A stretch of DNA of 64,000 nt, from the sequence record OL615013; one strand, 5' to 3'. Source of the DNA: Shigella phage ChubbyThor. This document shows, piece by piece, positions 9,972-17,519 of this stretch. The translations under genes and the position numbers were made by a program. Below the pieces are notes generated by a model, which saw nothing but the letters and a program-made list of their open reading frames with translations, was not told the origin of the DNA and ran no database searches. Numbering within the stretch: position 1 is the first letter of the stretch; the number at the start of each line of letters is the position of its first letter.

Positions 9972-10118
9972 ATGTTTTACATGATGTTACTCCTCATCCT
10001 CCTGATCGGGATTACCTTTACTCTCCTGGGTCTACCCGATCAGTCCGGTAAACAGTCGCCCACTTCGGCGCATCCGGTTTTGAGTGAAGGTTCGTCCGCA
10101 CTGCTGTGGGCAGTGTAG
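9972..10118 (+). CDS. small hydrophobic peptide (48 aa)
   Basis: ATG at 9972 preceded by GGAGGGAA SD at correct spacing; N-terminal hydrophobic helix MFYMMLLLILLIGITFTLLGL; below ORF-track length cut-off. Confidence 0.3.
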   Translation: MFYMMLLLILLIGITFTLLGLPDQSGKQSPTSAHPVLSEGSSALLWAV

Positions 10119-10119
10119 C

Positions 10120-12170
10120 TCAAAGAGGAGAGGACTTTTCAAATTAGCTGGTCTGCGGTAAAGTATTAAACACGAGGGAAACAGCGCATTGAGTTAGGCA
10201 TCTAAAGCCGACCTCACTAATCCCAGTCTCAGGGGCATGCGTGAATAGAGGCGTAATATCCACCTCGCTGGTGTCAGTGGACGCACTTGACCGTCGGAGA
10301 ACGAAACTCCCTGTTGTAGCGTGATTAGCTCAGAATCAGAGAGCACCCCGTTGGCAAGTCGACACCAACATATAAGGGGAGGTCGGGGGCGCTAATCTCC
10401 ATCACGCCGACAACATTATGAGTCTTCATAGAGGGTTCATAATGTTGCGTCAAAGGGCAACACAAAGGTTCCTGTTGGTTGAATTAACTTGATTCATAGT
10501 TCCTGCTGATCTTCCCGGATTCGAAGGAGCACCAACAGGCGAGGCCGGATGCGTAAGTTCCGGCAAATCGATGGCGAGGTGGTGCATTGGTGACACGGGG
10601 TAGCGCCCAGAAGTGTGGTTCGATTCCACACCCTCGCCAACAAATTAAAGGTTTTGTCAATAACGGGTTGCAGAGTATAGTTAACCCACTGAACGAAAAG
10701 CTGTTTGGGCACTAGACAAACACTTCGATGTGAACCCAGGACATGGCGTCTTGTGCTCAAACAGGTTTTCGTTCTCGTTGCTTGCGGCTTTGCGGGTTTT
10801 AAGAAACAGACCACAAAGATAAATGCAAATGATAACGCTTATCTGGCAGTAGCTTAACAGCTAAAACACCAGTGAGGTCTTCCGACTCCTCATAACAAAA
10901 TTCGGCGCACTAAAAATAGGCGGGAGGGTGTGATTAATAAGCTCCCGCCGACATCTGAGAGGGCACTTGATCGAGGTCGGTATCCGCTATACGGGATGCT
11001 GTAAAATGAATCCACGGAGTGTCCTCCCAGATGTGTCTCACAGCGCATCAGTTTGCAGTTATGCAAGCTTCAATAAGTTAAAACGCGCCTCAGGCGTTAT
11101 GGGATAAAGCCTTAAACAGTGGAATCCCCAGGGCTGGCAATCCCTGTTAAAGAAGTAGCCGTGTGGGGGTCAGCCCCCACAACGCAAAGTAGAGTCCTCT
11201 GGACGTTGAACTTTAACCCAAGGGTTGATTCACATGGTGAACGTTCCCGGCGGCGATAGTACAAGATGAGGGGTCATTGAAGTTCAGAGAACTCTACTTT
11301 GCGGCAGGTACTGCAAAACAGTGATCATCCTGACAAGCGTGATCACTCTTCGACAAAGCATCGCATCGTGGCTATCAACCACATCCTCGCTCTAGTGATG
11401 AGTGGTGTTATGTTCTGTCGGCCAGCCTCGTTTGGTCTGAACGTTAGAGGACAAGTGCTGAAGTGTGACGAAGACACTGAAGTGCGGGTTGTTTGGTGAA
11501 TCCTGCTAAGCGCAAGGGTTGAGTGGCAAAGAAACACCTGAGGGTAAGTCAACGCCATTATTCGCCATGATAATGGCATCGGGAGGCACCCGACGCTAAA
11601 CCGTTTGGCCTGGCGAAAGCAGGCAAGTATCTGGGGTCGATCACCTTGTCCTCTCCCAGGTGCGGGTTGTAGCATGGCTGCAACTCTGATGGCTCTGGGC
11701 ATCCGAATATCAGTTGTGGATGACTAGTGAAAAGAACGTTCAGAGCCATCAGAGTTGTGACCAACCCGATCTTGCAAGCCCGTATCCCGATCTGGTTAAG
11801 ACTTGCAAGTGGAAAGCCCTGGAAAAATAAACGCCTGTTGTGAGGCTACGGTGCAAGCCAATGACCAGCAGAAGCGCGTTGCCGTGAGGCGCACAAAGAG
11901 GCCTGCATGAACTGATCATGCACAAACGGGATAAAGGGTTGACAGTCCTTGGTTGGTTACACAACAGATTAAGGGGCGATAGTTTAAGGGATAGCTGTCC
12001 GGACAGCGAATCCTCATAGAGAACGGCTGGGAGGCCAAACCCAGCAGGTGAGGTGAAAATCCTCAAACCCCGCCAAACATTGTTGGACTGCCAGCAAGCT
12101 CCGGTCTACGGCAGGCGTGATGGGATCGCGGAATTCAAATACCGCCTTGGGAGCACCTAAATAAACCAGT
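10120..12170 (+). ncRNA. ORF-free, hairpin-dense region: candidate large structured non-coding RNA(s)
   Basis: No ORF with plausible composition or RBS on either strand over about 2 kb; many stable stems (e.g. GGCGGGAG/CTCCCGCC near 10920-10950, GTGGGGG/CCCCCAC near 11163-11183, 12-bp long-range pair GCAAAGTAGAGT/ACTCTACTTTGC); strand and boundaries undetermined. Confidence 0.3.
11680..11756. repeat. 17-bp perfect inverted repeat with 43-nt loop
   Basis: caactctgatggctctg (11680-11696) is the exact reverse complement of cagagccatcagagttg (11740-11756). Confidence 0.85.
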
Positions 12171-12193
12171 TGTTCAATAAACAATTGGTGAGT

Positions 12194-12394
12194 ATGATGA
12201 AAACGTTCGGTGATTTTATTGCTGAGTGGGATGGCCTCGCCACCGACAACAAAGAGATTGTCGAGTTTGTTGAAAAGCGAGGTGACAAGTGGGTTGTCCT
12301 TGACCACACCAAGACGAAGGTTCTTGGTACACATGACACCAAAGCTGACGCTGATGCCCAATTAAGGGCGATTGAAGCGAACAAGCACGGATAA
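12194..12394 (+). CDS. small hypothetical protein (66 aa)
   Basis: ORF track 12170..12394 begins at TTG; internal ATG at 12194 with GGTGAG SD is more plausible; stop lies 1-2 nt before tRNA-Asn. Confidence 0.35.
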   Translation: MMKTFGDFIAEWDGLATDNKEIVEFVEKRGDKWVVLDHTKTKVLGTHDTKADADAQLRAIEANKHG

Positions 12395-12395
12395 A

Positions 12396-12471
12396 GACGA
12401 TGTAGTTCAGTCGGTAGAACGGTGGACTGTTAATCCATATGTCACAGGTTCAAGTCCTGTCATCGTCGCCA
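12396..12471 (+). tRNA. tRNA-Asn (anticodon GTT)
   Basis: Hand-folded cloverleaf: acceptor GACGATG/CATCGTC, D-arm GTTC/GAAC, anticodon stem GTGGA/TCCAT with loop CTGTTAA, T-arm ACAGG-TTCAAGT-CCTGT, discriminator G, CCA encoded. Confidence 0.8.
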
Positions 12472-12727
12472 GACAATGGGTGTGAACGAAAGTGAATAGG
12501 CACGAAGTACGCGACCGACAAGCTCCAAGCCTCTGTCCAATAGCCGAACGGAATCTGAAGACGACGATAGTAACGCCCACCAAATTCAGAGTGTAGAGGC
12601 TACAGTAGTGCGCACCTCACGGGTTGCTACACCGGACACTCTGATACAAATCTGCCGCTGCGTGGATTAGCTGAGGAAGGATGGCCGATGTCCTCGAGTG
12701 TGGCCCAGCACGCAGCGGTAGACCAAA

Positions 12728-12811
12728 TGTGAGTGTGGCAGAGCGGTCGAATGCAGGAGACTGTAAATCTCCCCGTAACAGCGCGGTGGTTCGAATCCAT
12801 CCACTCACACC
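12728..12811 (+). tRNA. tRNA-Tyr (anticodon GTA), type II with long variable arm
   Basis: Acceptor GTGAGTG/CACTCAC, anticodon stem GGAGA/TCTCC loop CTGTAAA, T-arm GGTGG-TTCGAAT-CCATC, discriminator A, CCA encoded. Confidence 0.75.
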
Positions 12812-12952
12812 AAACACAGTAAGCGTTGCAGCCACGCTGTGTATCTGACCAGAAGGCACTGGTCGCCAGTTAACCAATCGGCGCTGAGAAGCGCGGGGAG
12901 TTGGGCTACGGCAGATCAAATGCTCAATCGGGTGTGAAGCCCGTTCAAATTT

Positions 12953-13036
12953 CGCGGGAGCCATAGGGGTTGGACAGTAGCCGACTGATCATCGGCGACG
13001 ATCACTGGACAGGTTCGAATCCTGATCTCCCGCTCC
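12953..13036 (+). tRNA. tRNA-like element, possibly tRNA-Ile (anticodon GAT) with irregular D/T arms
   Basis: Perfect 7-bp acceptor GCGGGAG/CTCCCGC + CCA; stem-loop GCCGA-CTGATCA-TCGGC fits an anticodon arm; TTCGAAT T-loop present but T-stem has a mismatch/extra nt; could not fold a canonical D-arm by hand. Confidence 0.4.
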
Positions 13037-13040
13037 AAAT

Positions 13041-13129
13041 TGGAAGGTTGCCCGAGAGGTTTAAGGGACTCGACTGCTAATCGAGTGGGGCTTTTAGCCC
13101 CCGAAGGTTCGAATCCTTCACCTTCCGCC
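13041..13129 (+). tRNA. tRNA-Ser (anticodon GCT), type II
   Basis: Acceptor GGAAGGT/ACCTTCC, 3-bp D-stem CCC/GGG, anticodon stem CTCGA/TCGAG loop CTGCTAA, variable-arm hairpin GGGGC/GCCCC, T-arm GAAGG-TTCGAAT-CCTTC, discriminator G, CCA encoded. Confidence 0.8.
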
Positions 13130-13540
13130 AAATTTGCGATCATCGCGGAAATCCCAGACGCGAGTGGAGGCCAGGGTGAAGACTGGCACATGGGCACTGA
13201 CGGCAAAGGTGTTCTACCTCCTGGAATTGGGTGGCCTGAATGGTAGGGAAAGCAGCCAAGCGTTGTGGGTTCAACTCCCACTCACCCAGCCCCAGATGGA
13301 ATGGGTCCATCATCGCAAATCATATTTTGGGCGTGACTTCCTGAAGAGTTAGAAGGTGTGCATGCCGACTCTCTCGTAATCGGGTGTTTAGGAAGTTAAG
13401 AAAATCGCGGCGAGGATAGTGAAATGCAAATAGCTTTCTCTACGCCGACGACTTCAGGTTCGATTCCTGACGCGCTCTCCCATAAGGCAGTACCAGTGCG
13501 AAGTGTGTAGTCTTTTCAACCCATCCCCATCGATGTGGTA

Positions 13541-13570
13541 TAGCCAGGTAAGGAAACCTGGCTTTCTTTT
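13541..13570 (+). terminator. intrinsic terminator closing the tRNA cluster
   Basis: Hairpin AGCCAGG-taaggaaa-CCTGGCT followed by TTTCTTTTG. Confidence 0.5.
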
Positions 13571-13694
13571 GCCCCCAGCTTAATGTCTTCTTATCACCCC
13601 AAATATGTAATCCTTCGTCGTAGTTTGTTCAATGATACAAAGGGGTTTAAAATTTAACCGTTAAAACCCCTATCATTGATTTGAGGATACACCA

Positions 13695-14348
13695 ATGCGT
13701 AATGTTTCTATCTGGGAAAATACTGAAGAATGGGAATTGCAGTCCACCCCAACTATAATCCGTATGTTCCAATACAAAGGCAACAAGCGTACTCTGAACG
13801 AGTTCTTGTCGCCGAATTATATCCATCGCGGCTCCCAGCTCGCTCCGCGTGATCTCAACCAGCCTGGCGAATGCACACCCTTTGATCTCGGCGTGAAGGG
13901 GCAGGTTGTCCTTATGGGTTACTCTAGTATTACCGCCGCCGAAGAGGGCAACGGTCAACCGTTCAAAGTATTCCATACACGCGAACAGGCAATCCATTGG
14001 CTGGTCAAAAACTTCTTCTATTTCTATGGCGATGAAAGCGCAACCCGCCGTTGTCGTAAAGCCGTTTCTATGGACTTCGACGCAGAGAATCGGAAGTACC
14101 AGGCCATGGCTCGCGAGTATGAAAAGAATCTCGTCAAGCCTGTCACTGTGGTTGACAACAAATACGTCGCTGAAGCCCCGCGTCATACAGTGAATATCGT
14201 TCCGGCCTGTGAAACGAAAGCGCCGACACCGCCTACTCCTCCGGTCAGTCGTGTTCTGAATGATCAGGGCGCTCCGGTAAAACAAAAGGCCAAGAAATCG
14301 TCATTTGTGGATAACATGATGAAGTTCCTGCGGTTGTTCGGGAAATAA
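13695..14348 (+). CDS. hypothetical protein
   Basis: 217-aa ORF, ATG start with GAGGAT SD upstream. Confidence 0.5.
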   Translation: MRNVSIWENTEEWELQSTPTIIRMFQYKGNKRTLNEFLSPNYIHRGSQLAPRDLNQPGECTPFDLGVKGQVVLMGYSSITAAEEGNGQPFKVFHTREQAIHWLVKNFFYFYGDESATRRCRKAVSMDFDAENRKYQAMAREYEKNLVKPVTVVDNKYVAEAPRHTVNIVPACETKAPTPPTPPVSRVLNDQGAPVKQKAKKSSFVDNMMKFLRLFGK

Positions 14349-14405
14349 TAGAAGGGGGGGTGTCTCTCTGCAGTAAATAATAGACACCCCTTATGGAGAA
14401 TTACC

Positions 14406-14915
14406 ATGAAAGCATTTTCTGATTTTGTTAACAACCGCCTCCAAGAAATAGACCACCCTCTCATGAAGGGTAAGACACCGCTCACCACACAGGAAATGGT
14501 GAAAACAATCAATGATTACTCTGGCATCCAGTTCAAACATGCGTCCAGCAAACAAGGCGGTTTACAACGACTAGACCACCAAATCGAATTAGGATACAGA
14601 ACAACAGTAGGTGGTAAAACTGTTTCTGTAAACACGTCATTCCGCCCTATCGATCAGGCGACTATAAGAAAGTTGGATCTAGACAAGAATATCACTAGTG
14701 GTATGGATAACACTCACTATGAAAATTCTGAGATCATATTCGAAGTAGGCGGTGATGGTTACTACAAGACAATGAAAGGCAAGAACGACGGAAATACCAA
14801 ATCCATTAATGAACTTAAGAACGAATTAAAAACGGCAGGCAGCGCCCTGAAATCTAGTAAAAACTCGGAAGACCTGGTCGAAAAATTGAAGTCTGCTGGA
14901 TACCAGTCCTTCTAG
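14406..14915 (+). CDS. hypothetical protein (Lys/Asn-rich, lower GC than neighbours)
   Basis: 169-aa ORF, GGAGAA SD 7 nt upstream of ATG; visibly AT-richer codon composition. Confidence 0.5.
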   Translation: MKAFSDFVNNRLQEIDHPLMKGKTPLTTQEMVKTINDYSGIQFKHASSKQGGLQRLDHQIELGYRTTVGGKTVSVNTSFRPIDQATIRKLDLDKNITSGMDNTHYENSEIIFEVGGDGYYKTMKGKNDGNTKSINELKNELKTAGSALKSSKNSEDLVEKLKSAGYQSF

Positions 14916-14950
14916 ATTCAGGAAATAATCTGAGATTCTCCTTTTCTATA

Positions 14951-14990
14951 CTCCTGTAGATACGCTATGATAAGCCAATGTCTACAGGAG
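14951..14990 (+). promoter_or_regulatory. SD-sequestering hairpin in 5' UTR of the PLP-enzyme gene
   Basis: 10-bp inverted repeat CTCCTGTAGA (14951-14960) / TCTACAGGAG (14981-14990); 3' arm contains the AGGAG SD, ATG at 14998. Confidence 0.45.
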
Positions 14991-14997
14991 AAATAGA

Positions 14998-16254
14998 ATG
15001 AACAAATTCGCTGCACAACCCCTCGCTCCATATATTCCGTTTCACACGTTAGGGAAAGGTCCATACAAAACGATTTTTGATGTCCTCTCTCTTCATCGTG
15101 AACATATTCACTGGGAAGACTACCTCTACAAACACACTCCGTGTGAACTCGTCCCCAACCCCGAAACTAACCAGCAGGTCTGGTTCAAGCGTGAAGATTA
15201 CTTCGCGCCGCTATCTTGTTATATGAATGGCAAGCAGGGCATCAACGGCAGCAAACTCCGTCAGGCCATCTGGCTCATGGTTGAGCACCTGAAGGCCGGA
15301 GGCTCCCCTGACATCATCCACGGCACTGTCGTTGGTAGTCCGCAGTCCCCTATGGCGACGGCAGTCTCTCGGCACTTCGGCGGCAAGACAACCACTGTAC
15401 TCGGCGCGACCAAACCCACCACTTGTATGAACCATGATATGGTGGAAATGAGTGCCTGGTTCGGTAGTGAGTTCAACTTCGTCGGCTCCGGCTACAACAG
15501 CACCATCCAACCTCGCTGTAAGAAGCTCATCGAGCAGGTGAATCCAAAGGCGTACTACCTGGAATATGGTATTACCCTGGACCACACAGTGCATTCCCCC
15601 GAGCGCATCGCAGGATTCCATATGCTGGGCGGCGAGCAGGTTGCTAACATCCCTGACCATATCACCGATCTGATCATCCCTGCTGGATCATGCAACTCAT
15701 GCACAAGCATCCTGACCGGGCTGGCGATGCACCCTAAGCCTAATCTGAAGCGTGTTTATCTGATTGGGATTGGACCAAACCGCCTGGACTTCATTGAGAG
15801 CCGCCTGCGCATCATCGGCAAACAGGCCAATCTGCCTCACATTGTCGACTTCACCCGTCGTTATCACGACAACCCAGACTATGTGCACGGCAAGAAGGAG
15901 CTTCAGCATGCCTCTAAGAGCGTTTCGCTGGCTGGCCTCCTAAGTGGTATCAGGCAGAAGGGAGAGCCAGAGGTCGTGCTTCCTCGCTTTGAGGTACACC
16001 ATTGGGATCTTCACACCACCAATTGGGTTCGTTACAATGACCTGATGGATTATCAGTGGGGTGATATCGAACTGCATCCTCGCTATGAAGGCAAGGTCAT
16101 GACCTGGATCCAGCAGAACAAGCCCGAGTTGCTCAATGAGAACACTCTGTTCTGGATCGTGGGAAGTAAACCATACATCGAGCCGATGAAGGCTGCATGC
16201 CCTGAGCTGGCTATCCCAGATGAAGTGAACGTCAACACCTTCACTCCTTCCTGA
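14998..16254 (+). CDS. PLP-dependent enzyme, fold type II (ACC deaminase / D-cysteine desulfhydrase / Trp-synthase-beta-like)
   Basis: 418-aa ORF; segment FKREDY...NGSKLRQAIWLM resembles the KREDx...GGNKxRKLE PLP-lysine region of the ACC-deaminase family. Confidence 0.5.
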   Translation: MNKFAAQPLAPYIPFHTLGKGPYKTIFDVLSLHREHIHWEDYLYKHTPCELVPNPETNQQVWFKREDYFAPLSCYMNGKQGINGSKLRQAIWLMVEHLKAGGSPDIIHGTVVGSPQSPMATAVSRHFGGKTTTVLGATKPTTCMNHDMVEMSAWFGSEFNFVGSGYNSTIQPRCKKLIEQVNPKAYYLEYGITLDHTVHSPERIAGFHMLGGEQVANIPDHITDLIIPAGSCNSCTSILTGLAMHPKPNLKRVYLIGIGPNRLDFIESRLRIIGKQANLPHIVDFTRRYHDNPDYVHGKKELQHASKSVSLAGLLSGIRQKGEPEVVLPRFEVHHWDLHTTNWVRYNDLMDYQWGDIELHPRYEGKVMTWIQQNKPELLNENTLFWIVGSKPYIEPMKAACPELAIPDEVNVNTFTPS

Positions 16255-16260
16255 TCCCTT

Positions 16261-16291
16261 CTAAATACCCCATACAACCCGTGTGGGGTAT
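16261..16291 (+). promoter_or_regulatory. late-promoter-like box CTAAATACCCC whose tail forms a hairpin with the SD of a 31-codon uORF
   Basis: CTAAATACCCC at 16261-16271; 8-bp stem ATACCCCA (16265-16272) / TGGGGTAT (16284-16291); small ORF ATG at 16294. Confidence 0.4.
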
Positions 16292-16360
16292 CTATGAAAC
16301 CTTTCTTGAATATTTCCGTGATATCGTCCTGTACAAACCCGGCCTGGCAGTGCGGGAAGC

Positions 16361-16371
16361 CTAAATACCCC
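16361..16371 (+). promoter_or_regulatory. late-promoter-like box CTAAATACCCC upstream of acidic-protein gene
   Basis: Exact second copy of CTAAATACCCCATA, 29 nt upstream of ATG 16400; GAGGA SD between. Confidence 0.45.
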
Positions 16372-16399
16372 ATATGGCTAACCCACTGAGGAACCCAAC

Positions 16400-16858
16400 A
16401 TGCCAACCTCCAAATTGTTTGAATCAGAATACACCAATGATATCCCCGTATGGACTGGTGTTCAAGACGGCATCACGATTGAGCTGTTTGATCGTGAAGA
16501 GACGGGCGCGGAAGAGATCTATGCAGGCGTTGAAGGCACTGATGTTGTTCGCGCCGCTGTAGCCCTTGCCACCTTCCTGGAAGATGCGCCGATTGATGGT
16601 GTGCCGTTCGAGGCGCACGTAGATCCCGAGGATCCAACGTCTATCATCATTACAGTGAATGGGGTGCCATACACTTCATACAGCATTGAGACGGACGAAG
16701 AGGGCAGCGGAGCGCTGTATATTGCTACTGACCTGCAGCTGGAAGACGATGAGATGGATTATCTGATTCAGAATGGGGTACTGCCGCCGTTCACAGATGA
16801 AGACCTGGACACGGAACTGGCCGCCGTCGGTGACGATGACGACTTCTGGGAAGAATAA
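16400..16858 (+). CDS. strongly acidic protein (about 40 Asp/Glu in 152 aa); candidate DNA-mimic / host-takeover protein
   Basis: ORF with GAGGA SD; composition by direct count; poly-Asp C-terminus GDDDDFWEE. Confidence 0.55.
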   Translation: MPTSKLFESEYTNDIPVWTGVQDGITIELFDREETGAEEIYAGVEGTDVVRAAVALATFLEDAPIDGVPFEAHVDPEDPTSIIITVNGVPYTSYSIETDEEGSGALYIATDLQLEDDEMDYLIQNGVLPPFTDEDLDTELAAVGDDDDFWEE

Positions 16859-16861
16859 GAA

Positions 16862-16890
16862 AAGGGGCGTTAAGCCCCTTTCTTTATTTC
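16862..16890 (+). terminator. bidirectional intrinsic terminator between convergent genes
   Basis: Hairpin AAGGGGC-GTTAA-GCCCCTT followed by TTTCTTTATTTC, A-rich on 5' side. Confidence 0.55.
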
Positions 16891-16896
16891 TTCACA

Positions 16897-17423
16897 TTAA
16901 AGGCGGGAATCCAGCCAGGCGTTCTTTTCGTTCTGCCATTCCCAAGCGGCCTGACCGCCTGCCATGATCACTTCCAGGGAAGGAGTATTGTCATCCTCGC
17001 CACCGTGAAGGTCAGGGTCGAAGCCGTCGTCTTCAGGATCGTCTTCACATTCATTCTGGTAAGCGGAATATTCGATATAATGGGCTTCGGCTTCGCAATC
17101 CATGTCACCCAGAGCTTCCTCGAGGGTCATTTTACCTTCGGCAATCAGTTCGGCAGTGGCATCGTCCAGACCTGCGTCTTTCGCTTCAACGAACAGTTCG
17201 TGACGTTTCTGGAAGAGGAAGAAGTTCATGGCATCAACGTAGGAGTCAAATTTCTGTTTCAACTCTTGGCGGACGCCTTTCATGATAAGATGATACACCA
17301 CCATGTAACGACCAGCAGAAAGTTTGTCGCCGTCTGCCGCGCCGAAGAAGTTACCGAAGACGTGACCTTCACCTGCGTCAGACAGAACTGTGTTTTTGTT
17401 TGCGGTTTCTGCTAAAATTTTCA
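16897..17423 (-). CDS. hypothetical acidic protein
   Basis: ORF track 16897..17604; internal ATG at 17423 has strong SD GAAGGA 7 nt upstream, giving 175 aa; acidic C-terminal half. Confidence 0.45.
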
Positions 17424-17519
17424 TGATGTATTTCCTTCTCTTCAGATTGTTGTTTGTTCGTACTACAATTAGAAGTATACGCCAGTTATTGAAGAAGTAA
17501 ACTTTATTCAATAAATATT

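Noticed and set aside
10573-10639. Canonical tRNA gene
   Set aside because: Good T-arm and acceptor, but only about 67 nt with no foldable anticodon arm; reported as a tRNA-like element instead.
10120-12170. Group I self-splicing intron
   Set aside because: No flanking exon ORF that would be reconstituted by splicing and no intron-encoded endonuclease ORF; I could not recognise conserved P7/P4 core elements by eye. Left as unclassified structured RNA.
10494-12384. Six-frame ORFs of 65-120 aa in the ORF-poor region (10494..10814, 11343..11702, 11749..12066, 12014..12361 and others)
   Set aside because: No RBS, Arg/Ser/Pro/Leu-rich random-like composition, mutually overlapping on both strands; region interpreted as non-coding.
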